Shown: positions 24,157 to 33,097, counted from the first letter of the stretch. The stretch: 35,429 bases of DNA from a virus (IMGVR_UViG_3300042299_000631:1-35429), one strand, 5' to 3'. Made by a program: numbers and translations. The notes: generated by a model from the letters alone, not told the origin.

Positions 24157-24279
24157 TCAGAGGAGCGGCGGAAGGGTTCCGAAGATGTCGGTTAGTGTGG
24201 CGTTGATCGCCTCGGCCATCCAGGGGTTGAAAGTATAGGTAATGAGCCAGGAGGCCCATTCGAGGAGCGTGGCGGCCAT
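24157..24279 (-). CDS. 40-aa amphipathic peptide
   Basis: Below cutoff; MAATLLEWASWLITYTFNPWMAEAINATLTDIFGTLPPLL; genome-like codon usage. Confidence 0.45.
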   Translation of the reverse strand: MAATLLEWASWLITYTFNPWMAEAINATLTDIFGTLPPLL

Positions 24280-24396
24280 CGGTCTTCCATGTCGAGAGGG
24301 TGCCGGTGGCGTCGTGCCGCCCGGTGTGTGAATTGTCGGAGGGTAGCCGATTGTGTCTCGGCGTGGCGAGGTCGGTTTGGTGCGAGTGGGCGGTGG

Positions 24397-24711
24397 TCAT
24401 TCGGCCGCGGGGAGAGTGATGGCGACGCGGTGGACCTCGGGGGTAGCCGATTCGATTTCGGCGATCCCCTCGGCGCCGATTCGGTCGAGGAGCTCGGAGC
24501 GCCAGGAGATCGAGGCGCGGGAGACCTTCCAACCGATCCGCGCGCCGCCGCGGGTGATCGATTCGCGGCCGGAGGCTTCGAGCTCTTCCTGGGCGCGTGT
24601 CTCGATCGCGGCCATCCCTTGGCGCAGGGTGCGGGCGCGGCGGGCGAGTTCGTCGGCCTCGACGGAGAGCGCGCGGTAGGTTTGGAAGTCGGCCTTGGTG
24701 AGTCGTGCCAT
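24397..24711 (-). CDS. Hypothetical protein (104 aa), loosely Gam/Gp157-like
   Basis: Coiled coil followed by RESITRGGARIGWK; resemblance by eye only. Confidence 0.6.
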   Translation of the reverse strand: MARLTKADFQTYRALSVEADELARRARTLRQGMAAIETRAQEELEASGRESITRGGARIGWKVSRASISWRSELLDRIGAEGIAEIESATPEVHRVAITLPAAE

Positions 24712-24737
24712 CGGTGGGGGTCTCGATCCGTGAGGGT

Positions 24738-24772
24738 AAAAAACGGGGGCGAGGCCCGCGGACCTCGCCCCC
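24738..24772 (-). terminator. Intrinsic terminator after the head genes
   Basis: Minus strand GGGGGCGAGG-TCCGCGGG-CCTCGCCCCC-GTTTTTT. Confidence 0.85.
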
Positions 24773-24829
24773 TTCCTGGATTGGCCCTTCGGCGGGCCTA
24801 GCGGTAGGCGTTGGGGACAGAGCCCGAGG

Positions 24830-25165
24830 TCAGGGCGTCAGGATGACGCGGACGACGACCGGGCCGTTGCCAGAGGCGAGGACGGACTTGCCCAGGAGCT
24901 TGTGGGTGCCGGAGCCGTCGGTCGTGACCGCGAGCTTGTTGGTGTTGTCCCAGTAGACCAGGGCGCCGGCGCCGAAGACGGTGGCGGCGGCCTTGGGGAT
25001 TTCGTAGACGCCGGAACAATCGAGCGAGCCGAGTTTGTTGGCGCCGATGTCGGAGGTCGCGACCCCGAAGAGGTCACCCTGTAGGACGATCGATTTCGCG
25101 GGGACGTCGGCGCCGGGGGTGTAGGGGATGATCGAGCCCGATTTGATGCGCGTGGCGTGGGTCAT
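24830..25165 (-). CDS. DUF2190-family capsid decoration/cement protein
   Basis: IPYTPGADV...GDLFGVATSDI...GVYEIPKA...GALVYWD...LLGKSV; two genes after the capsid. Confidence 0.85.
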   Translation of the reverse strand: MTHATRIKSGSIIPYTPGADVPAKSIVLQGDLFGVATSDIGANKLGSLDCSGVYEIPKAAATVFGAGALVYWDNTNKLAVTTDGSGTHKLLGKSVLASGNGPVVVRVILTP

Positions 25166-25217
25166 TGCGTGGCCGTGGGTGGTGGTGTGGTTGTTGGGTG
25201 GTCAGTCGCGGCGGCGA

Positions 25218-25427
25218 TCAGCGGCGGCGTTTGGGTTTGTCGTCGGCCGGTTCGTTGGGTTCGTTGGGTTCGTTGGCCGGTTCATCGGCAGACGCCGGCG
25301 CGGGTGCGGACTCGGCGACCCAGTTGGACTCGGCGACCGATGCGCGGATCCGGTCGGGGAGCGATGAGACGGGCGTGCCCGGTGGATAGGTGACGCCGTC
25401 GGAGATGATTTCGCGAGTGAGGAGCAT
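25218..25427 (-). CDS. Small head-associated hypothetical protein (69 aa)
   Basis: MLLTREIISDGVTYPPGTPV...; 9-bp NEP repeats; basic end KPKRRR. Confidence 0.65.
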   Translation of the reverse strand: MLLTREIISDGVTYPPGTPVSSLPDRIRASVAESNWVAESAPAPASADEPANEPNEPNEPADDKPKRRR

Positions 25428-25520
25428 GGTGGGCGGTTGGGTTGGCGTGGGTGCGTTGGAAGGTCGGTTGCCACAGCGGCCGCGAGTGATCACGCGGCCG
25501 CGGTGCGCGAGTGGTTAGGG

Positions 25521-27911
25521 TCAGGCGTCGCAGCGGACCATGCCGCGGAAGTCGAGGGCCTTGGCGCCGACATAGTGCTTGACGACGACGCAGAGGCCGA
25601 GCTTGCCGCCGGTCAGTTGCTCGACCGTCACCACAGGTTGGCGGCCGGTCCCTTGGAGATACTGGACCTCAATGGTGTGGGCCTGGTTGCTGACCAGGTA
25701 CCAGGAGGTCAGAGACCCGGCGAGCGTGGCGCCGGTCTTGGGCGAGACGACGCCGTTGGACAGGCGGCCTTCGTCGCGCGGTTGAATGTTCCTCATCCGG
25801 ATCGGGTTCATCGACCCTTGGCCGGAGTCGGCCGAGATCACCGCGGAGCCGGTGAGCTGGATGGCGAGGTCGCCGAGCTCGGAGGGGGTGATCAGGTGCG
25901 TCGCTTGCAGGTTCAGCGAGGCGTCGCCGTCTTTGCGTTTGCTGAGGGCGGCGCGGGCCTTGCTGAGGTTGGCCTGGCTGAGCGCGCTGGAAGCGATCAG
26001 CGAGACGTCGGTGGTATTGAACAGGGCGCGACCCGTGGCCGCGAGGTTCTCGTTCGCGAGGAGGACCGCGGCGACCATGTTGGGGACCAACCTACGCGCC
26101 GCGGCGCCAAAGTCGCGCGGCGTCTCGGCGATCAGACCGAATTGGTCGTTGATGAAGTGGACCTCGTCGACTTGAGTTTGTCGCGAGTAGCGGTCGGCCT
26201 GGACCTTTTCGTTCTTAGCTTCGCGCGAGGCGTGGTCGGCCTCGGCGTCGGTCGGGTGACGCGTGAGGTCTTGGCCGGCGATCATTCGCGGGCGGTCGGT
26301 CTCCAAGAGGTTCGGCACGTCGCGCTCGGAGATCCAACCGAGGGAGAAATCGTCGCCCTCGGCGTAGGCCATGAGCGCGACCGCGCCGATCGATTGAGAG
26401 AAGACGGACTGGATCGAGTGCGTCGAGAAACCGGCCTGCAGAATTGCATGATGGTTGCGGCCAGAGGGGACCGAATGACCACAGGCGCGGAGTGATTCGG
26501 CGACCATTTCCATCAGGTGGAGGTCGCGGAATTCGTAGGCGTTGTTCATGATCCGTTGGCGGACCGGATCGTTGACGCCCAGGCGAGTCCACTCGGGCGC
26601 GACGGTGCCAGGTTCGCGGAGGACGGTGTCGATCGACCGGCCGGCGCGGAGCATGAAACCGGCCTGGAGGGTCTCGACGGTGCGGCGTTGGTCGGCGCCG
26701 GTCGAGTGGATCGCGGGCGAGGCGGGGCGCGATACGCGGGTCGCTTCGAGCTCGGTTCGGTCGGCCGACCAGCCCTGGGTGATGGCGTGGGCTGTCAGCA
26801 GCGACCCGTCGGCAAGTCGCGGACTGTTGTATCGCGCCCCTATGTCGCGGATGTTGGCGATCCGTTCGTCTTCGGAGGCGGCCGCGAGGCGTGCGGCGTT
26901 GAGGCTGGCGCCGAGGTCGATCGTGGCGACAGAAGCGGGCGCGGCGGCGGTTGCCGAAGGCGCAGCGGGCGCGGGTGCGGATGCGGTGGCCGACGGCGCC
27001 GAGGCGGTGGCCGTTGCTTGGCCGGCGGATTGTGGCGCGGCTTGCAGCGCGGCGAATGATGCGCGGAGCTGGTCGACGGCGGCGGCGGACAGGTTAGCGA
27101 CGACGAGGCCGAGCGAGGCGACCCATTGTTCAAAGTTCACAGCAGAGACTCCGGGGGACTGGGCCGCATACACAGCGGCGTAGGTGTTGGGATCGCCGCC
27201 GATGGTGACGATGGAGACCTCGTTGAGGTCGCCGCGGCGGATGACGAGGATGGGCCCGGCGAAGTCGGACCCGTTGACGGTGACGTTGCGGCCGGCGGGG
27301 ACGCGTTCGGCGGTCATGTTGCCCAGGCCGATCGAGGCGGCCCAGGGGAACCCCTTGGCGGCCGAGTCGATGATCTCGCGCGAGTCGTCGGAGTCGACCG
27401 AGAAGAGGCCCGAGGCGTAGACCCGGCCGTCGGTGATCTCGATCGAGCCGTGGCCGACGGGCTTGAGCCGGTCGTGCTCGCGGTGGACCGGCATTTGGTA
27501 GGGGGCGATAAGTCCGCCGGTATCGACGACGACGGGCCCGGTCCAGTCGATGCCGCGAAGGTTCGGGTACATGATCCCGCCGGAGTAGGCCAAGAGGCGA
27601 AACCGGACGGGCTCGGCGGGGGCCGCGGTGTCGGGTGCGGTGGTTGCCGGTTCGAGGTTGGCGCGGGTGAACTCGGCGGTGAGGGAGAGCGTGGCCGAGC
27701 CGTCGAGGCGGAGGAGCTGGTCGGGTTGATCGCCGGCGGGTGGTTGCGTCGCGCTGGGTGGTTGGTCGGCGGTGGGTGCGTCGGTGTTGGCCGTGGGCGT
27801 GGCCGTGGGAGAGGTGGACGCGGTAGAGGGTGCCGATGCGGTGAGGGCGAGGATCGAGCGGATCCCAGAAAGGAGCGGGCGGCGGTCGGTGTGGCGCGGC
27901 TTGCGTGGCAT
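25521..27911 (-). CDS. Fused prohead protease-scaffold-major capsid protein (796 aa)
   Basis: Protease part RFRLLAYSGG...HD...PVGH...FPWAASIG...LNEVSIVTIGGD; Ala-rich scaffold; capsid part FINDQFG, LITPSEL, WYL, IEVQYLQG, DFRGMV (Mu gpT-like). Confidence 0.88.
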   Translation of the reverse strand: MPRKPRHTDRRPLLSGIRSILALTASAPSTASTSPTATPTANTDAPTADQPPSATQPPAGDQPDQLLRLDGSATLSLTAEFTRANLEPATTAPDTAAPAEPVRFRLLAYSGGIMYPNLRGIDWTGPVVVDTGGLIAPYQMPVHREHDRLKPVGHGSIEITDGRVYASGLFSVDSDDSREIIDSAAKGFPWAASIGLGNMTAERVPAGRNVTVNGSDFAGPILVIRRGDLNEVSIVTIGGDPNTYAAVYAAQSPGVSAVNFEQWVASLGLVVANLSAAAVDQLRASFAALQAAPQSAGQATATASAPSATASAPAPAAPSATAAAPASVATIDLGASLNAARLAAASEDERIANIRDIGARYNSPRLADGSLLTAHAITQGWSADRTELEATRVSRPASPAIHSTGADQRRTVETLQAGFMLRAGRSIDTVLREPGTVAPEWTRLGVNDPVRQRIMNNAYEFRDLHLMEMVAESLRACGHSVPSGRNHHAILQAGFSTHSIQSVFSQSIGAVALMAYAEGDDFSLGWISERDVPNLLETDRPRMIAGQDLTRHPTDAEADHASREAKNEKVQADRYSRQTQVDEVHFINDQFGLIAETPRDFGAAARRLVPNMVAAVLLANENLAATGRALFNTTDVSLIASSALSQANLSKARAALSKRKDGDASLNLQATHLITPSELGDLAIQLTGSAVISADSGQGSMNPIRMRNIQPRDEGRLSNGVVSPKTGATLAGSLTSWYLVSNQAHTIEVQYLQGTGRQPVVTVEQLTGGKLGLCVVVKHYVGAKALDFRGMVRCDA

Positions 27912-27919
27912 GGGCGAAG

Positions 27920-27963
27920 GTTGTAGGGGTTGACGGCGCGGAGCTTTTACACGGTGCGCGGCG
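27920..27963 (-). promoter_or_regulatory. Late promoter motif (capsid)
   Basis: GTGTAA-N21-TACAAC-N8-ATG(27911). Confidence 0.75.
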
Positions 27964-27969
27964 CGTGGG

Positions 27970-29529
27970 TCATGGTGTGGCGACGGTGGGGCGTGGCGTC
28001 GAGGCGGTGGGGGTTCGGCGCTTGCGACGTTGGGCGGTTGTGCGTTGGCCGGTGGATGTGCGCGCGGCTTGGATGTCGGCGAGCTGGTCGTGCATGATTT
28101 GGCCGAGGTCAGAGCGGCGTCGGGCCTCGCGTTCGCGGGCGGCGTAGTGCGCCTCGGGGTCGATCCCTTGCGAGGCTAGGTAGGCCTCCTCGGTCATGAG
28201 CCCGGCGTCGATCAGGTGCGTCGCGCGGTGGGCGTCTTGGAGCGGGTTAACCGAGCGGCGCGGCGGCCAGGCCCAGCGGTGGGGGATCTCTTCGGCGAAT
28301 TGACCGAGGGCCGGGAGATCGCCGGCCAGGATGGCTTCATCGAGCCAGGCGGCGAAAATGCGGTCCAGCGCCTCGATTTCCCAATCGGCCCGTTCGTAGC
28401 CGAGCCAGTCTTCATAGTCCTGATCGTCCATCCGTGAGGACGAGAAGTTGTAGCCGGCGGCGGAGCCCTTGGCCTTGTATTCGGGGAGGTGCAGGGCGCG
28501 GGCGATTTCGAGGAGGATACAGTCGCGGAATTCGGCGTAGGTTGTGGTCGGGTGTTCGGCTTTGAATTGTTGGAGCTCGTAACCGTAGGGAAGCGCGGCC
28601 ATGGTGCCGCGGTCGATGGGGACCCCTTCGAACGGATCGTAGAGCGTCCCTTCCTCGCCGTCGAATGCGTTTGCCTGGGTTTTTAAAACGGCGGAGAATG
28701 CGGCGGCGGTCTCGGCGGCCTGGATCGTCGCGAGCGTAAAGCGGCGCAGCATGGCGAAGAGCGGAAGCGCCGGCGTGGTCTCGGGAATGCCGCGGACTTG
28801 GCCCGGCCGGTCCCGGTTGAAGAGGTGGATGACGTGGTCGGCGTCGAGGTCCGTTTTTTCGGTGATGGCGTTGGTGAGGAGGACCAGGCCGCGGTCGCCG
28901 GGGTGGTGGGTGAGGAGGTGGTAGAGCTTGGGGTCGCCGCCGGGGTGAAACTCGATGCCATCGACGGCGGAGGAGTTGAGGCCGTCGATCCAACCGGGCG
29001 TGCTGATTTGGTCGGCCTCGACGGCGCGGAGGTGGAGCTTGACGCGGCCGTGGATGCGGGGGTTGGTGGTGAAGAGGAGGAATGTCTCGCCGTCGATCAG
29101 TTTGGAGAGGCGCGCGAGGCGGAGCGTTTGCCAGAGGCGGGTCGCCTTGGCCCAGCGGGCGAAACCGTTCTGCAGTTGGCGCCGGGCGTCGGTGTCGTCG
29201 GTGAGGATTTGGAGGACCGGACCGCGGGCGATAAAATCGCCGGCGATCGTCGTGGCCATCCCTTTGCCCCAGGAGTTGTTTTCGAGGCATTCGTAGCGCG
29301 AGCGAGCGCGGAGGACCTTTCGGACGCTGAGGGAGTTGGCCGCGGCGGCGGAGAGGTCGTCGGCGTGGCGCCAGTGTCGGACGTTGTCGGCCGTGGTTTG
29401 GGCGGCGTCGTATTTGGCTTGGAGCGTCGCGAGCTTGCCTTGGACGTTGCGGATCGCGGCGAGCTCGGCCGTGGTGGCGAGCGGTCGGCCCATGTGGTCG
29501 ACCAGTCGTTGCGCGGCGTGGGGCTTCAC
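27970..29529 (-). CDS. Portal protein, lambda family
   Basis: YDAA, LRARSRYE..NN, IDGETF, VEADQI, HLFNRDRPGQVRGIP, YNFSSSR. Confidence 0.93.
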   Translation of the reverse strand: MKPHAAQRLVDHMGRPLATTAELAAIRNVQGKLATLQAKYDAAQTTADNVRHWRHADDLSAAAANSLSVRKVLRARSRYECLENNSWGKGMATTIAGDFIARGPVLQILTDDTDARRQLQNGFARWAKATRLWQTLRLARLSKLIDGETFLLFTTNPRIHGRVKLHLRAVEADQISTPGWIDGLNSSAVDGIEFHPGGDPKLYHLLTHHPGDRGLVLLTNAITEKTDLDADHVIHLFNRDRPGQVRGIPETTPALPLFAMLRRFTLATIQAAETAAAFSAVLKTQANAFDGEEGTLYDPFEGVPIDRGTMAALPYGYELQQFKAEHPTTTYAEFRDCILLEIARALHLPEYKAKGSAAGYNFSSSRMDDQDYEDWLGYERADWEIEALDRIFAAWLDEAILAGDLPALGQFAEEIPHRWAWPPRRSVNPLQDAHRATHLIDAGLMTEEAYLASQGIDPEAHYAAREREARRRSDLGQIMHDQLADIQAARTSTGQRTTAQRRKRRTPTASTPRPTVATP

Positions 29530-29750
29530 TGGCCACCCCCCAGCGCGGAGCCGGGGACGATGCGGGAGAGGCCGATCCCGAAGCGTGGGGCTTTGCCGGC
29601 CCGACGGTTGGCGAGGTGGCGGTCGGCCTCGATGAGTTCGCGGACCGATCGGTTCTCGGCGGATTGGCCATCGACCGAGGCCTTGGCGGGCTCGGCCGCG
29701 GCGGTGGCGATCCGCGCGGCGAGGTCGTCGTTGGGTGCGGGTGTGGTCAT
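29526..29750 (-). CDS. gpW-like head completion protein
   Basis: 74 aa between terminase and portal; ASVDGQSAENRSVRELIEADRHL. Confidence 0.75.
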   Translation of the reverse strand: MTTPAPNDDLAARIATAAAEPAKASVDGQSAENRSVRELIEADRHLANRRAGKAPRFGIGLSRIVPGSALGGGQ

Positions 29751-29757
29751 GGGGGCG

Positions 29758-29790
29758 AGCGTAGCGACGGCGCGGCGGGGGTGTTTACAC
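29758..29790 (-). promoter_or_regulatory. Late promoter motif (gpW/portal)
   Basis: GTGTAA-N21-TACGCT-N7-ATG(29750); the TAA is also the terminase stop. Confidence 0.65.
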
Positions 29791-31944
29791 GTCGCCGGCG
29801 GCGTGGCCTCGGTAGTGTTGGCGGAGCGAGGCCTTGGCGCGGCGGCGCGTTGGTCGATCGCCGCCGTCGAGCGAGAGGCCGGCGATCAGCGCGCCGGCGT
29901 AGACCATGCCGAGGCAGTCGAGCCAATGGTTGTCCCGGCCCGGGAGTAGCGACCATTCGAGGAGCGTTCGGCCGCGGCCGGAGGTCTCGGTCGGGTATTC
30001 GGCCGAGAGGTGGTCGGCGATCATCCGCAGGCGCGAGGGGTCGGATTTGAACAGCGACCAGGCGCCGGGGTCGCCGATGGGAGTGGTGAGCCGGTCGGCG
30101 AGTTGGGTCTTGATGGCGTTAACGTCGGCGATGACGTGGCGCGCGGCCTTGGTCCCTTTGGTGGTGGGGATGTACCATTCGGCGCCGGATTGTTCGCCCG
30201 GGCGGCGCTTGCGTTGGTCGAGCGGGGTTTGCTTGGCGGTGATGCCGCGGCCGTGGTAGCAGAGGACCGGGTGGACGGTTTGGCGGGCGAAGGAGTAGAC
30301 GGTCTTGGTCGAGGCGCCCCAGTTGGCGTCGACGATGATCCGGTCGAGCTTCATGGCGGCGCCGTCGTCGCGGAGCCATTTTCGCGCGGTGAGGGTGTCG
30401 GTGAGCCGATTGAGCGCGGCGAAAAGGGAGGCTTCGAGGGAGCGGTAGCCGGTGGCGCCGCGGAGGTTGGCGACCAGGTCGGCGAGGGTGTAGTAGGTTA
30501 GGCCAGGTTGATCGGGCCAGGCGCCGTAGTCGATCACGTGACCGGTGAGGTCTTGAGCGACCGCGGCGACGAGCCAGAAGAGGACGTCCTTTTGGACGTC
30601 GACGCCGGCGAAGAGGTGGGTCGCGGCGGTGGGGATCTCGCCGCGGGCGAACCCGGAGACCCGGCGGACCAGGTAGTCGGACTCGAGCGCGGTGGCGGTA
30701 GATGCGCCCTCGACGGTGGCGGTCGGGGCGTTTTGGTATTCGGCGTCGAAGGCGGCGGGGTTGCGGAGCCGGAGGTTGTAGGCGTGTTGGAGCGCTGAAA
30801 GTTCGTGCGGTTCGTGTCGTTGGGACCAGGGGACAACGGCGCCGGCGTCCATGGCGTCGCGGTTGGTGCGGTAGTACGCGGTGGCGGTGGGGAGGTGGCT
30901 TGCGCCGCGGGCGAGGTCGGCCTCGCGGAGCTCGGCGTAGCGGTCCCAGTGGGTGAGGTCGGTGGGCCAGGCCTCGACGAGCGCGAAACGGCGCGGTTGC
31001 CAGTGGGGGGAGATTTTGGGGTCGAGGATCCGGTCGGCGAGGTCGCCGAGGCGCTGGACGGTGATGGTGATGAGGCCGGACATTTGGCGACCAGGTCCCG
31101 AGAGGCCGAGGACCGCGCCGTTGAGGATGGCCTCGCGGCGTGCTACTTGTTCGGCTTTCTTTGCGGACTGGTCGGTCTGGAGGTCGTCGCCGACGAAACA
31201 ATCGGGGCGGAGCGTGCGGCCGGATTGGTCGACGTGGACCATTCCGCGGATCCGGCCGAGGAGCCCGACGGATTGGAGGCAGGCGCCCGAGGAGGCCGAG
31301 CCGGCGACGGTGGGAAAGACGAGACGTTGGCGGCCGTTCCAGCGGATTGCCGTAGGGACTCCGTCGACGGTTTGGCCCTTGGCGCGTTGCGCGATCCCTT
31401 CGAGGGCGCGGATGGGGTGGCAGACCTCGGGGAAGTCTTCGAGCAGGAGCGGGTTGGTTTCGAGCTCGACCTTGATGGCGTCGACCATTTCGGCGGCGGC
31501 GCTTTGTGATGCGCCGATGAGGACGAGGTAGCGGCGCCAGCCGAAGAGGAGCGCGAGGAGCGAGATCCGGATGGTGATGGCGGTCTTGCCGGATCCGCGC
31601 GCCATGCCGATCGCGTAGAGGCCGCCGGAGCGGAGGACCGAGGCGGCGGTGTCGATGACGGCGAGGTGTTGGGAGGACCAGCCGAGCGCGAAGGTGCCGG
31701 GGAAGTAGGTTTCCAGAGCGAGGCGGAGGTCGGCCTCGCAGGCGGCGCGGCGCTCGGGGTTGGCGACGGCGGGGAGCTTGCCGAGCTCGCGGTTGGTGGC
31801 GGATTGTTCGCGTTGGGCCGCGGCGGCGCGGCGCCGGTGCCGTTCGTAGGATGAGGACGCGGTCTTGGGCGTCGCGTCGCGGCGGCGGTTGGGTTTGGGG
31901 GCGGCCTTCGTGGCCTTGGGGCGTCGTGGTTTCGTCGTGGCCAT
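29785..31944 (-). CDS. Terminase large subunit (GpA-like endonuclease C-terminus)
   Basis: Walker A MARGSGKT, Walker B-like FVGDDLQ, EYQN, AGVDVQ, IVDANWG, DNHWLDC. Confidence 0.92.
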   Translation of the reverse strand: MATTKPRRPKATKAAPKPNRRRDATPKTASSSYERHRRRAAAAQREQSATNRELGKLPAVANPERRAACEADLRLALETYFPGTFALGWSSQHLAVIDTAASVLRSGGLYAIGMARGSGKTAITIRISLLALLFGWRRYLVLIGASQSAAAEMVDAIKVELETNPLLLEDFPEVCHPIRALEGIAQRAKGQTVDGVPTAIRWNGRQRLVFPTVAGSASSGACLQSVGLLGRIRGMVHVDQSGRTLRPDCFVGDDLQTDQSAKKAEQVARREAILNGAVLGLSGPGRQMSGLITITVQRLGDLADRILDPKISPHWQPRRFALVEAWPTDLTHWDRYAELREADLARGASHLPTATAYYRTNRDAMDAGAVVPWSQRHEPHELSALQHAYNLRLRNPAAFDAEYQNAPTATVEGASTATALESDYLVRRVSGFARGEIPTAATHLFAGVDVQKDVLFWLVAAVAQDLTGHVIDYGAWPDQPGLTYYTLADLVANLRGATGYRSLEASLFAALNRLTDTLTARKWLRDDGAAMKLDRIIVDANWGASTKTVYSFARQTVHPVLCYHGRGITAKQTPLDQRKRRPGEQSGAEWYIPTTKGTKAARHVIADVNAIKTQLADRLTTPIGDPGAWSLFKSDPSRLRMIADHLSAEYPTETSGRGRTLLEWSLLPGRDNHWLDCLGMVYAGALIAGLSLDGGDRPTRRRAKASLRQHYRGHAAGDV

Positions 31945-31951
31945 GGGCCAG

Positions 31952-31981
31952 AGTTAAACCGCGGCGACGTGGTCCGCTTTA
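31952..31981 (-). promoter_or_regulatory. Late promoter motif (terminase)
   Basis: TAA-N21-TTAACT-N7-ATG(31944); weakest match at the downstream element. Confidence 0.5.
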
Positions 31982-32769
31982 TCGGATGGCGTTGGCGGTT
32001 GGTCGGTGGTGTCGATCGGCGGCGGTGGGTCGGTGGGTGGCTGGATCGAGGCGAGGCGACGCGCGGCGACGGCGAGGGAGTGCTCGTCGGATTCGATGCC
32101 GATTGAGCGGATCCCCTGGGCCTTGGCGGCGACGAGCGTGGAGCCAGAGCCGGCGAACGGGTCGCAGACGATGCGCGACGGGTCGACGATTTGAAGGGCC
32201 CAGTGCATCACGGGGAGCGGCTTTTGTGCGATGTGGTCCTTTTGTTTTCCGCTGAGCGATGGGCAGGTGAAGGTGCCGGGTGGGTAGATGTTGCGCGGTG
32301 GCATTGGGCCCGAGGAGCCCCAGACCAGAAACTCGGCGGAGGATGAGAAGCGGCCCGGGCCAGGTCGGCCGAACCCTTTGTTCCAAATTGCGATCCCTCG
32401 CCAGGTCCATCCGCCGGCCTGGATGGCGTCGGTGACGGTGGGAAGTTGGCGCCAGTCTGAGAAGCAGACGATCGGGGAACCGGTGAGACAGGCGTCGCGC
32501 GCGGTATTGAGCCAGATGGTAGACCAGAGCAAGAAGGAGCGTTGGTCCCGATTGTCGCCGGAGAATTCGGGCCGAACGGTCTTAACCCCGGTGTGGACGT
32601 ATTTGGTCGACGTCGAGGCCATGCGGTCGCCGCGGAATTGTCCGCCCGAGGAGTAGGGCGGGTCGGTGACGATGGCGCCGAGGTCGCGGAGCTGGGCGAG
32701 GATCGTGATGGCCTCGCCGCGGTAGAGCGTGGCGTGCGTGTCGCGGTAGTAGGGCTCGGGGAGTGTCAT
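31954..32769 (-). CDS. DNA methyltransferase, beta class (N6/N4)
   Basis: IVTDPPY precedes HIAQKP and VCDPFAGSGST; start moved to MTLPEPYY. Confidence 0.92.
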   Translation of the reverse strand: MTLPEPYYRDTHATLYRGEAITILAQLRDLGAIVTDPPYSSGGQFRGDRMASTSTKYVHTGVKTVRPEFSGDNRDQRSFLLWSTIWLNTARDACLTGSPIVCFSDWRQLPTVTDAIQAGGWTWRGIAIWNKGFGRPGPGRFSSSAEFLVWGSSGPMPPRNIYPPGTFTCPSLSGKQKDHIAQKPLPVMHWALQIVDPSRIVCDPFAGSGSTLVAAKAQGIRSIGIESDEHSLAVAARRLASIQPPTDPPPPIDTTDQPPTPSDKADHVAAV

Positions 32770-32776
32770 GGCCAAA

Positions 32777-32806
32777 GGTTTAGCCGCGGCCAGAGCGTGG
32801 GGTTTA
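32777..32806 (-). promoter_or_regulatory. Late promoter motif (methyltransferase)
   Basis: TAA-N21-TAAACC-N7-ATG(32769); the TAA is also the stop of the Zn-ribbon gene. Confidence 0.55.
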
Positions 32807-33097
32807 TTGTTTGATCGCAAGTCGGGCGAGGTCGTCGGCGTCGTCGAAGCCGACGTAGGCGGCGCGAAGGGCGGCGACGTCGACCCGGCGTTCGCGTTTC
32901 GTCAGTGGTCGGACGTTGCCACAGCCGGGGCAGGTGGCCGGCCCGTAATAGGTGACCGGCCCTTGGGTCGAGACGGGGCGGAGCATGTGACCACAGGCGC
33001 AGGCCGGCCGATCGGCGGGGGATTGTTTCAGGCGTGGCCATTGGTCGCGCGGTGGGACCTGGTTAGAGCGGCCGGCGGTGGTTGGGATGGCGATCAT
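32804..33097 (-). CDS. Zn-ribbon protein (Ogr/Delta-like late activator candidate)
   Basis: CACG-HMLRPVSTQGPVTYYGPAT-CPGCG; sits just before the late genes. Confidence 0.55.
   Translation of the reverse strand: MIAIPTTAGRSNQVPPRDQWPRLKQSPADRPACACGHMLRPVSTQGPVTYYGPATCPGCGNVRPLTKRERRVDVAALRAAYVGFDDADDLARLAIKQ

Noticed and set aside
24830-25165. RecA/RadA-type recombinase (a common label for this family)
   Set aside because: 111 aa, no Walker motifs; sequence and position fit DUF2190 capsid decoration.
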